From Glycera tridactyla (lineage: Eukaryota), in NCBI GenBank assembly GCA_965644265.1, contig OZ286465.1, forward strand, positions 93,186,001 through 93,250,000: a DNA stretch of 64,000 nt. The letters run 5' to 3'. Shown here piece after piece: positions 26,551-37,605 of the stretch (positions are counted from its first letter, which is position 1; each line of letters begins with the position of its first letter). The translations under genes were made by a program, and so were the position numbers. Under the pieces are notes generated by a model, which was not told the origin of the DNA, did no database searches, and was given only the letters and a program-made list of their open reading frames with translations.

Positions 26551-29500
26551 ACACTCTCATTCTTGAAATTGGCTGGTAGTGCTGGATTCAACTATACCAT
26601 GCAGTGAGTGCAAAGGCATTTCCTGATACTGAATCAGTCCAAAATTTATGCAAAATGTGTGGCAACCTATCTATCTCGATACATTTTTTTTTCTGAGGAA
26701 TACGAAAACTGTTCCAAAGTCTCTGATATCACCTATTTCTAACCAACAAGCAATCCATACACTGCCTAAGAATATTTCTACATGGGTCCATCCATAAATG
26801 TACAGGAAGGGGGTCTAATACTAGAAAAAATTCTTTGCAGCAAAATTTCATCCACATATCAACAGCATCAGAGTATATGTTTCAATCTAGTGCATGTCAG
26901 GTCTTGATCGAGAGAGTTGTCTGGTATCTCTGGCGTTGGCATTGGTTATCTCTGGCGTTGGCTTCAGATAATACAAAAACAAAGTAGAAACCATGGAGCC
27001 AACCCATACACCAGGTCGAACTATATGTATATGCATGTACATACAGTAGTACTGCTAGCGATCTCCACACTGTTGGCCGAGATCACTAAAATCTAGGTTC
27101 CTCTCCAACACTGAAGTGTATGACAGTTTATTGAAAAAAAAAACCATAGCAGGTAAGACACCCAATGAAACACTTCAATTTGAAAGAAAATGTACCTAGG
27201 CTTTAGTGAGAAGGTTCTTTGGTGATGGAGTCTAGGAAGATAGGAGTTATCTGTTGGCTCAATACCGACTATCATGAAAACATATCTCAAAAAAAATTCA
27301 CTAAAGTCTGTCCAATTCCACGCTGATGGGTATATTTCTCACTCTCATATCGCCAGTCTAAATCAGGGGACAGGAAACATGACTATGGAGAATTTCACCT
27401 GCATAATTTCTACAAACGTGTCAAATAATCAAGTTCACACCATTTTCCAGCATGAGTAGCAGTCATGCTGTCACTATTATATGCAAAAGATCAAAACAAT
27501 ATGAATTAACTAAAATCAGGTTTGATTCAATTCATGCCATTCAGACTCATATCTGACAAAAAAACGGCAATTTGAGCGTGAGAAAAATACCCATCACGTT
27601 GGGATTTAATGGACCTTAGGTTTCTACCTAATCTACCAGCTTGACCTAATTCACCAGCCGGACAGGGACAATCAGCCGGAACATAATTGTTGGCATATTA
27701 ACTATGGTTCCAGCCATCCTGATAAGAACACAAACTACCAGGATCAAGTATAGAGTAAATTCTTGCCTACTGTGACAGTACATTTATATTTTATGTAATG
27801 CACAATTTTCAAGAGGTATTTCGCAAATGAAGAGCAATAGTACACATTTGTACCTGGTAATTATTTTACTAATATGCAGTTAAATGACTCCTTTCCAATC
27901 AATATCTGACAAATTAAAAACAAAAAGATACCCTGGACCATTCATTGCGGAATTAGGTGTGAAAGACCAATACATCAGATTCCATTACAACATGATCATA
28001 TTGATGTCATGTTATATTTTTGTTATGATAGTCTCTCAAGAAAAAGTTGTAAAACACTGCAAATACCAATCAAACAAGCCGCAGAGAGGAAATACCCAAT
28101 CATAACATTAATATCATCACCCAAATGAGATACTTCACTCACTGGAGATAGCAATACTGTAGATAGTAAATGTGGTATATTAGCATAGATATCTGAAGCA
28201 AACAGCCTCAAAATCAATGTTAGTAGCAACCACTAGACTTGGGTTAATATCAAAACCGTGTCAACAGAGTCCCTTTGTTAAGTCAAGCAGGTAGCAGCTC
28301 AGAATACTCTACATTATTTGGATGATTTTTTGTTCTTTCACAAGGAAATGAGGAAAACAAGTGCCTGGACTGAAAATGTCAAACCTACCTAATAAAGCTG
28401 AAATGTCAAGTAATCAACACAATTGTAATTTTCACTCAGACAGAAAACCATATCACTGTGAATTCTGCTACATTCTTCAGTGGAATTTCTACATGAAAGC
28501 AAAATTCCCCTGTATCGACTTTTTTGAGAATTGATATATCTGGACCAACGAATCCAGTTTTATAACCAATGTGGGCATAAGTTCATTCCCCTGAGACATA
28601 TTGCAATGAGGATTACCTCCCTCATGCCTATAGACTAATGCCAGACCACTGGGCCATACATGTATGTCATTCAGCCTTGAATTTCTAATTTTTGAATGGA
28701 GCTAGAGAATATCCCTCCATTTCTAACCGCACAATGTAGAAATTCAGGTCAGTAGGGAAGAGGGTCCCAGTACAATAGCTATAGAGATAAATGACCATTT
28801 GCTGAAGAAAGAAAAATAATTCCTACATAAATATATGATTAAAATCTCTCTGATAGTGGTATTCAAATGCAATAGAAGAAGCATTTCTTCTCCCAGAGAG
28901 ACTGCACACATCTGTAATTTCAGAAACTTTTCATCGGGGAACTACCTGATAGGGCACTTGAACAGGAGTAATCTATGATATTCTCCAAAAAAAATGCCTC
29001 AAATTCACCATGAAATGGCCCACCTCATTTTCATGCATAAATTGCAGGGTGACAATCTCAATGACTATCACTCACACTGGAAATATAATACAACCCTACA
29101 GAATCATGATTCACAGAGAAGACATGAATGAAACCATTCAGAAAGTAGATCAGCCCCACATTGGAAATCCCACATCATGAGACTCTACATACACCAATGA
29201 TACAGTAGGATCCTTCCAAGAAGACAATCCAGCAACCAGATACAATACCAGCACATCTTGATACTCCAGTTTCTGAATGAAGCAACCCTAAGGAAATCAA
29301 TCATACTGGCTATCCTTTCATTTTAAATGACCCCGAGGGACTGGTGGTTCACTTATGCCATATCTATATGATGGACATTAAAAACTGAAATACTGATGGC
29401 CCCGCCTGACCACTGAATTCCATACCAATCAGGCAAGAGCTGATGTGGGCCATCATCAGATATGTTAGCAGGACCACAGAATGGCCATACTAAGTTTGTC

Positions 29501-30157
29501 CACTAACTCCGTTACTTATGTTTGCCCAATCACCATTCACATTTCATCCAATTCTGAAAGAGAACTTAGCCATAAAACATAAATGTACTGTTACATTTTG
29601 TTTCTAGCAGAGATCTATTCGAGAATTCCATCACAATCCCATCTCAAGCAAGAGGGATGCCCAGCACCAAGGCAGGGGTTTCTAATTAGTCTCTAGCTCT
29701 ATCTATGCTTGGGTTAGACTTATGTTAAGCCAGGAGAGTTCTGCAGGGTGAGAAGATTGTTAGAGATCCCACACCTCCCGACACCAGGCTTAGCAACGAT
29801 TACATCGTAGGAAGCTAGTTTCAATGACCAACCATCGGCTCGAGGTTCTTGGCAATCGCTTCATGCTAGAAAAAAATGACATGTGCACTCAAAATAAACA
29901 TTCTTTTCTGAGATTTATATCAAGCCACCTAGACAAAGTATAACATTACATTTGGGAGTAAAATATTGTGTGTCCCATCACACATCACGCATAATAATGA
30001 TGATATCTTCAGCCACATGGGTGATGACACTGCTAACATTTTAGGAGGAGTTTACATCTGCTTCGTACTCCCACACATGTCAGCTCAAGCTGGTACAATA
30101 TGCGATGGAAGTTGAGCCCACCCACCCACACGCATGCACACACACATGCATGCACCC

Positions 30158-30188
<31 letters not shown>

Positions 30189-30189
<1 letters not shown>

Positions 30190-31495
30190 AAACAAGGCAT
30201 AAATGCACAAATGGCACGCATGTGCGCCGCTAATTCATCCAAGCAGCTGAATCTAGCAAGCATAATCTTTTGCTCCAAGCATTCTCAAGTAATTGCAGTA
30301 ACAAGGTCATGACCTGGGAGATGGAGATCAAGGTCACTCACCATTTTATGGGCTTCTTTTGCTTTCAATTGTGCATATGTGGTGTAAATCTGGTGAATGT
30401 TGCTCCAAGTGTTCTCATGTCATTGGAGTAACAAAGTATCTTCAATGTCAAGGTCATGACCTTGAAGGTGAAGGATGAGGTCAACCACATTTGATGGGAT
30501 TATCCCCATTCATTGGTACATATCTGGCAGAAATTTGATGGATGTAGCTTGAAGTTTTCAAAGTCAAGGTCATGACCTGAAAGATGAAGGTCAAGGTCAC
30601 TGACATTTGATAGGCTTCTTTTGCTTTCACTGGTGCATATATGGTGTAAATCTGGTGAATGTAGCTCCAAGCGTTCTCATGTTATTGGAGTAACAAATTA
30701 TTTTGAATGTCAAGGTCATGACCTTGAAGGTGAAAGTCGAGGTCAACCACATCCGATGGGATTGTCCCCCATTCATTGGTACATATCTGGCAGAAATTTG
30801 ATGGATGTAGCTTGAAGTTTTCAAAGTCAAGGTCATGACCTTGAAAATGAAGGTCAAGGTCACAGGCATCTGATAGGCTCCTTCCGCCCTTGCCATTGCC
30901 CCTCTCACTGTCCTAGCCCCCCCCCCCCCTCCAACCCAGGTGCAATCAATCCTGCTACAACTGCCACCGCCCCCCCCCCCCCACCCCATCCTGTGCCACT
31001 CGCTGCTGCCCCACCCCCTGCCCTTCCCACCACAGTTTAATCAAGAGATCAGACAGCTCTGCTGATATGTGAAAGACTCCACTTGGTGCAAAGACAGTTA
31101 TATAACCGAGGACGAAATGCGACAAGGCTCCATTCAGAGGACCGGCAGTGTCATTACATAACAGCCTCGGTAATAGACATCATATGGTCCACTCTTTCCT
31201 ATTCTGCTGGTAAAAAGTTGCTTTAAAATTCAGGATTCCAGCCTGAATAACTCATCTTCCATGAAAGTCATTGGAACAATATTGATACCCAGTATTCTGC
31301 CGCTCATGATCTTTATGATTGCGAAATTTCAGAAATATTGCTTGATCAGTTACAGAGTAGTAGCTCAAAGAAAAACTTTAACCAAAAACTTTAACCAGGA
31401 AGTTTACGCCACACGGCCAAACGGCCGGACGGCCGGACAGACGGAATCTGCGCCATTACATAGACACGCATTTTGCTCCGCATGCGTGCCAAAAA
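30189..31495 (+). mobile_element. Helentron-associated (HINE-like) non-autonomous element with an internal tandem array
   Basis: Subterminal inverted repeats GGCACGCATG (30213-30222) and CATGCGTGCC (31481-31490); 3' hairpin CACGCAT/ATGCGTG followed by an A-run; ACGG-type microsatellite near 31411-31445; about 263-bp CAAGGTCA-rich tandem units at 30300-30875. Confidence 0.7.
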
Positions 31496-32753
31496 CAGCT
31501 GTGGTCTTAATTGCCATTGTTTCTTGAAGAGTCCATGGCCACAGTGGCACGAACTGCTGCTCTGCTACATGATTCAGTATTGCCATAGCTAGTTTTCTGG
31601 CTGCAACGCTTTTAGCCAGCTTTTAGATATGGAGTTAGATCTCAATTTGGTTTGACTGTTCTTAAATTGTCCAAATGCTTATCTTTTTTTTTTTTTTTCC
31701 TTATGTGATGCATTTACATGATACACTTGTCTGCAATGTGAACCTGGAGTGATAATCAAGACGACTGAAAACAATTGTTAATAATGGGCCTCTCAAACTT
31801 GAGTCAATAGACAATGAATGATGCACATCACTTGTAGGCTAAATCCATCACCATGGAAACAAGTCTGTCATAAGTTCTGATGATAGAACACTATATTGTC
31901 AGATCCAAATGTGGCAGGTATGTTTCACACGATAAATTCACCTTTTCTCATCTGATCCGAATTTCAATGACACAAATGGATTGTGTAGGTCTTCCGGCCA
32001 TCATCAAACCTGGTTTTGGGTAGTCTGTATACTTTTGAAGAGGATACACTCATATTTCATTGTATTTTTACAGCAAATCTGCTGATAATGCCGGATGTAG
32101 AGCAATGAAGATATGGCCAACATACTCACTGTGGAACTGAAATGAAATCAACCTATTTGGTGCGCTAGGGTGAAATATACTAGAAAACTTTGCTGCGATT
32201 ACATTTCTAGTCACTGGTGTCTGGAAAATGTGGAGTGGCAATGAAATCTGCCTCAACAGGCCAAAAAGGCCAAGACACTTTGAATAGTCAGGAATTCCCT
32301 AACATATCTATTTCATCATCAGTAGTTATGACAGACAGGTTTCCTCAGCTATGCTGAAAATATCAAACATCCTGCATGGCACAAGGTCATAAAGCGAGGT
32401 ATTTTTGGCACCACTCTCATCCTCATCCTCTAAGCACTAAGTAGCACCCTGATCCCGAGGTCTTCCAGCTGGCTGCTCTAACACATACCCCTTCCCATCT
32501 ACACTCCTCATCAAATATAAAGCTATGATGCTCTACTCAATGACTTTTCATGGTAATACATGTCTACGTAACTGAGAAATGAAACTTATCAATCTGGACT
32601 AAGGAGCACTGTGAATCTTGTATGAAGGTAAACACTTGCAAATGATACCAATTCATTATGAACTCTATTCATATTTCTTATCACAGCAGAGTACTGGATA
32701 AATTAGTTAGCTGCAGTTGGATTATCAAATATGGAGAAAAAGTGAAATATTTT

Positions 32754-34092
32754 ATAAGGAAGAAGTTTCACGGTACTCACAGTGATTTTTGATGAAAGTC
32801 GAAGCTTTCAGAACCCATCCGGATTCTCTCCTCAGCGAGTCACTACTGAGCTGGCTTGGTGGTGGTGTCACGTGACCTGTAGATCGTAGCGAGGTCACGT
32901 GACTGGAGAAGCTCCCGATATATAGGCGGGAGAGTGTGCCGGCCCCGATCCCTGTTGAGTGGGGGGTCTGTTCTGGAGATGTACACTGCTTCGGCCACCC
33001 CTCTTCTGAACCAATCGGGTTCCTGATAGAGGATGGCAATGTTAGAGTCAGAAAATTGGTGCCCTAGTTGGGACATATGGTTGCCAACGGGTGAGGTGGT
33101 TCGGTGGTGTTCGGCAATTCTTCTCTTTAACGCCCTTTCCGTCTCACCCACATATGTGTCATCACAGTCATTACATTTGATGTGGTAAACTAGGCCCGCC
33201 TTGTCCCCTTTCATGACCTTGTCCTTGGGATGCACTAGTTTACTGCGTATGGTGTTGGTGGGTTTTATATGCACCGTAATCCCTGATTTACGCAGTATCC
33301 TAGCGATCGCATCAGTGGAGTGACCCACATAGGGCAGGGTCACACTGCCCTTAGGTTTGTCGGAGGCTGGGTCTCTATCGACTGAGGGTGGTTTAGGTCT
33401 GATGGCAGTCTCCCAGGCATGCTTGGAGTAACCTGAGATTGAGAGGACTTTCTGTAGATGTTGAATTTCGGCCAGTCTTATTTCATCACTGGAGCAAATG
33501 ACCTTCGCCCTGTGGTGGAGCGTGCGGATCACACCGAGTTTGTGTTGCAGAGGCTGGTTGCTTGAGTATTGCAAATACTGGTCGGTGTGGGTGCTTTTTC
33601 GATATACCGAGAACGATAAGTGACCAGTAGTGTCCTTATGGATGGTGGTGTCCAGCATGGCAATATGTCCCTCCTTCTCCTCTTCACTGGTAAATTTAAT
33701 CGCTGGATGGATTGAGTTGATATGAGCAGCAAAGTCGCTGAGTAAAGAGTCACTGAGGATGACCATGGTGTCATCAACGTATCTTCTCCAGAGGCGGATC
33801 TCATATGTGAAGGTGTTAAGCGCTGACTCCTCGAACCATTCCATGAACAAGTTTGCAACTATGGGACTGACAGGGGATCCCATAGCCGCACCTTCAACCT
33901 GTGAATATATTGTCCCGTCGAAGATGAAATATGTAGTCTTCAGGCAGATGGCTAAGAGTTCAACTACCTGTTTAGCTGACATTCTAGAGCGCTGTGATAA
34001 AGTGGCGTCCTGTGACAGACGATCGAGGATGATATCGAGACTTTGATCCACAGGAACACAGGTGAAGAGGGCTGTGACATCATAAGATATCA
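32754..34092 (-). mobile_element. Penelope-like retroelement (Penelope/Poseidon type), 5'-truncated
   Basis: Contains an uninterrupted RT + GIY-YIG reading frame. Flanked by the 11-bp direct repeat TGAAATATTTT (32743-32753 and 34093-34103). GC- and CpG-rich relative to the flanks. Confidence 0.95.
32790..32845 (-). ncRNA. Minimal type-I hammerhead ribozyme motif in the PLE 3' pseudo-LTR
   Basis: CUGAGGA core (32835-32829); stem II AGAAUCC/GGGUUCU with GGAU loop; GAAA (32809-32806); palindromic AGCU helix III; short helix I UCG/CGA. It lies right after the ORF stop, where PLE hammerheads are known to occur. Confidence 0.7.
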
Positions 34093-34093
34093 T
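32843..34093 (-). CDS. PLE polyprotein fragment: reverse transcriptase (from SYDVTALFT) plus GIY-YIG endonuclease, 416 aa
   Basis: RT motifs SYDVTALFT, GAAMGSPVSPIVANLFME, WRRYVDD and HPAIKFT; endonuclease GLVYHIKCNDCDDTYVGET..LKRRIAEH with the Cys/His pattern. The start ATG is created at the insertion junction. Confidence 0.95.
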   Translation of the reverse strand: MISYDVTALFTCVPVDQSLDIILDRLSQDATLSQRSRMSAKQVVELLAICLKTTYFIFDGTIYSQVEGAAMGSPVSPIVANLFMEWFEESALNTFTYEIRLWRRYVDDTMVILSDSLLSDFAAHINSIHPAIKFTSEEEKEGHIAMLDTTIHKDTTGHLSFSVYRKSTHTDQYLQYSSNQPLQHKLGVIRTLHHRAKVICSSDEIRLAEIQHLQKVLSISGYSKHAWETAIRPKPPSVDRDPASDKPKGSVTLPYVGHSTDAIARILRKSGITVHIKPTNTIRSKLVHPKDKVMKGDKAGLVYHIKCNDCDDTYVGETERALKRRIAEHHRTTSPVGNHMSQLGHQFSDSNIAILYQEPDWFRRGVAEAVYISRTDPPLNRDRGRHTLPPIYRELLQSRDLATIYRSRDTTTKPAQ

Positions 34094-34532
34094 GAAATAT
34101 TTTGAGTTGAATTGGCGATATTTCTATATGAACTGCTGATATTTGTGTGAATAATATAATTAAATGTCTGTTCCACACAATAAATTGGTACTCGACAAAA
34201 GACTCATCGTATCTCAGTAAATGATCAGTATGTACTCTTGGTGGACTTAAGTGAGCTACTCTGGTATTTGAGTCGAGATGCAGACGTCCAACATAATTCA
34301 AATTGGGCATTTGTGATCTGGCTCTCTAGTCTGCCAAAAAAAATTTCAAAGTTGAGAAAGTGTCTCATTCATTGCTGTTGCCTGTAAGGACTTTATCTAA
34401 TATATGCTGCAATAACTGGATGAACAAAGGTAATCTTATTGTGTCATGGAATGCGTGACATATGGATAGAAGTGTTACCATGAAAAGCTTCGTGACCTGC
34501 CCCCATGATATCTGAATAGAAGCAGACTACCT

Positions 34533-34787
34533 TCAGCAACATCCTCCAGACCAACTAAAATTAGCGTGAGGATGCTGTTCCTTGGGAGCCATCCCAATGG
34601 GTCGATGCAAATCTATGGTACTTTCCGTATCAGATATCTCACTCACGTCACTGGGACAACTCTTTGTTTCTCCCCAGATTCTGCCCATGAGAGATCTAGT
34701 CTCAACCTCCTCCTCCTCCTCCTCATCCTCATCTGTCTCTGTGTCAGATTCAGTCTCAGCAAGACTGAATCCTTCAGGTGCCTCATT
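34533..34787 (-). CDS. CADPS: Candidate alternative CADPS exon, acidic (NEAPEGFSLAETESDTETDEDEEEEEE...SWSGGCC*); terminal (84 aa) or cassette (47 aa, to 34647)
   Basis: Acceptor ggcaccag 670 nt after the penultimate exon, phase 0; open for 84 codons; internal in-frame donor GAC|gtgagt at 34647/34646. Confidence 0.5.
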   Translation of the reverse strand, partial: NEAPEGFSLAETESDTETDEDEEEEEEVETRSLMGRIWGETKSCPSDVSEISDTESTIDLHRPIGMAPKEQHPHANFSWSGGCC

Positions 34788-35456
34788 CTGGTGCCAACAT
34801 ATAAGAATAATTGATATCATACCCACCAGAAGAAAAGCGAGACAGAATAATGTAGGCCAATCAGATGGTGCCCTACATGATGTCCTCTGACTGATACAAG
34901 AATACTGTGCAATATATTCACAGATATTGCTGATGGTATGTGTTATTAGAAATATAATGTTTCACAATTGGTTCTCCTTGGTTTTCATCACATCTTCCAC
35001 TATATGACCAACTCATTCTTACAGTGCCACAAAGAAAATGTGGCTACAGAATAGGACCAAATCCATTGAAATTCGACCAACTTATGAATGGGACCTGACC
35101 TAAGACCATGTATACTTCTCTTATTTCCATTTTGCATCATTTCCATGAGACAGTATTAACAAATCTGGAAACTGTAGTGGTTCACACTGGTAGTTTCAAA
35201 CACAGGCCCAGGAGAATAATAGGTTGTAAAAAACAAGGACAATTCCCCCTAAAACAAGGAGTTTCTTCTGTTCTCAATTAACTGCTTTAAGACTGAATTC
35301 ACAACTTTCCTGTGAGAATATCCCTCCTTCACCCAAAATTCATTAGGCATGTAATCATATCGATTCAGAGAACTGAAATTTACAACATCAGCAGTTTCCT
35401 CACAATCCAGCAAATATACAACATGTAAAGGTCATTTCATTAGCAGTTGCCCTTAC

Positions 35457-35543
35457 CTGAAGTCGGCTGCATATTGTTTGGTACGTCTTGCTGTTCAGAT
35501 CATTTTCAGGAACTCCTTGTAACTCAAAGTCGGAATAACATTT
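35457..35543 (-). CDS. CADPS: CADPS penultimate exon KCYSDFELQGVPENDLNSKTYQTICSRLQ
   Basis: Matches CAPS [28 protein letters not shown]. Acceptor atttcag, donor CAG|gtaagg; 87 nt, phase 0. Confidence 0.96.
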
Positions 35544-35945
35544 CTGAAATAAGAATATTTCAGTGCTTAGCAGAGAAGTTCAATTAGGAGGGGTAATTCC
35601 TGGATATTTATAATGAAATGCCCTGATATCTTACCAAAATTTTACCTGACACCTCATGAAATCCCTTGACGGTTTCCCTTATTTTTGCCCTGTCTGGGAT
35701 CTCCCTGCCTTTCCTTGATGGGTGGACAACCTGACAGATTTTGATGCCGATGTGGAAGCAAAGATCTGTGATTACTGAATACAAGAAACAATAGCTTTGA
35801 AATGGGTACTGACAATAAATGATCGCCAGTAATAACAAAATGTTGAGCTATATCAGAGGAGAATGGATCATAGCCTACTTAATCACAACGACAGATTTTT
35901 CATGATATCATACTGGATTACTCAATAATAGTGAGGACTACTTAC

Positions 35946-36050
35946 GCGTGCCATGTTCATGAGACACGTGAGCTGATAGGGGTGTAGTGAGGCATCAAGT
36001 CTGTCCGTCAACCAATCACAGATCATCTTCAACTGGGCACTGTACCATGT
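35946..36050 (-). CDS. CADPS: CADPS exon TWYSAQLKMICDWLTDRLDASLHPYQLTCLMNMAR
   Basis: Matches CAPS WY...IC.WLTDR.D..LH.YQL. Acceptor ttgcag, donor CGC|gtaagt; 105 nt, phase 0. Confidence 0.96.
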
Positions 36051-36581
36051 CTGCAATTAAACAAAAATTGGGGAATGTCAAGTTTTTTGTTCTCCCTTTC
36101 AATTTCTTTTGTTCTTGCTTGAACAAACCTATGCCTAAAAACCAACCATACTAGAAACAAGAGAGACCATATGTTAACGCACATACAATAATATACAGTA
36201 AATAATTATACAGGGTCATGAAGAGTTACATGAGGTTGACATGTTTACGACAGACCAATGAGATTGTGAAATAAATAGTATATATACCAAAAAATATGCT
36301 GTCAAGTGACTAATATCAAGCGTTATAGGTATGTCGATGGATGTCTACTGAGTCTTCAAGTTCTTTCCTTTTCAGTGTATGTCAGATAATCATTATGTCT
36401 TTCCCATATTATTGATTATCTCAGAATGCATATATAGTCCAAATTAAATAGAAAACACTGTTTATTCAAATTATAAATGATATACTCCTCGGTGAAATGA
36501 GCCTCATCAAAGTACTTTAGTGAATGACAAAAGAATATGCATCTTCCTCCTCTAGAACTCTAGCATATACTACATACTCAC

Positions 36582-36689
36582 CTCATATATCGTCAGTATG
36601 TACAACTCATCAGCAATTTTCTGCCGGATTTGCTCGAGGCCACCCCGCATGAAATTCACATAGGCTCGTCCAAGTTCATCGGTTGGTTT
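36582..36689 (-). CDS. CADPS: CADPS exon KPTDELGRAYVNFMRGGLEQIRQKIADELYILTIYE
   Basis: Aligns to CAPS [36 protein letters not shown]. Acceptor tttctag, donor GAG|gtgagt; 108 nt, phase 0. Confidence 0.94.
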
Positions 36690-37521
36690 CTAGAAATGCA
36701 AACAAAGGATTCATCAATGTTCACATAATTGTTCAAAATAGCGCAACATAGAAGAGCTTTGGACAAATTTGAACCTATCTATGTTTTGGAACTCTCGTAA
36801 TAGTAATACCGAAATGTATTCATATCCACTAAATGTACAATTTCATGATTGCAGATGGATATTCACACAATCATTTTAACAGACACCACTGACTCGAATG
36901 GTAAACTTTTTACTATAAGCGATTTTGAGCATGTGCTACCTGAAATTCAGAGCTTCAGTTTCTAAATTTCATTGACCATGTTGAAATATCAATTCAATTG
37001 AATTCAGGAGAAGAAATTGCACCCATCATCAGAACAGCAGCCAACTTTTCAAGATGCGGAGCCAGCTCGGCCATATTTCTCAACAAATATGATATATGCT
37101 CTTGAAAAGGGGCCAATGACAACAGACCTATGGAGTCTGAATAGACAATATTGAGGATCTTGGCCACTGTGACTGGTGAAGTGAGGCCAAGATAGAACGG
37201 CCCCACTCCTCCAAAATCCATTTCTGCATCATCCATGGAAAAATGACCTGAGAATTCTCAACAAGGTTGTCTCTCGATAAGGACTAGCTTTGGTATCTAA
37301 CCATCAAATCAATGCAAAGACATACATAGTGGCAGAGGCCATCCATACATCCACACTCTCAAGAACATATATTGTGATCAGATCTAACAAGCCATTAGAG
37401 CCGAAGAAAGATGCTGGATAGCATCTGAAAGTCTCTCGCTGCTAAAACGACACTGTGAGTAATCGTTCTAATCTACATCCCTGACATTCCTAGTCACTGG
37501 GTGAAAGACTGACGCACTTAC

Positions 37522-37605
37522 AGTTAATGAAAGAATGGAAGAGAAGAGGGAGCCTTCATCATATCGTGCCATCTTAGACAAGGTATTCTCCAGTACGCTT
37601 GTCAA
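37522..37605 (-). CDS. CADPS: CADPS exon LTSVLENTLSKMARYDEGSLFSSILSLT
   Basis: Matches CAPS LSRYDEGTLFSSFLSFT. Acceptor ttttgttgacag, donor ACT|gtaagt; 84 nt, phase 0. Confidence 0.96.

Noticed and set aside
22480-29400. Coding-like stretches and short ORFs in the last CAPS intron (other than 24722-24988)
   Set aside because: Broken frames with only faint LINE-like remnants (for example IRGLHETEG). I could not define boundaries or a product with confidence.
30627-30989. 120-aa minus-strand ORF and neighbouring ORFs
   Set aside because: Derived from the CAAGGTCA tandem array and poly-C tracts; not gene-like.
33529-34046. Two additional ORFs (109 and 95 aa) overlapping the PLE ORF
   Set aside because: Alternate-frame shadows of a GC-rich coding sequence, with no recognisable motifs.
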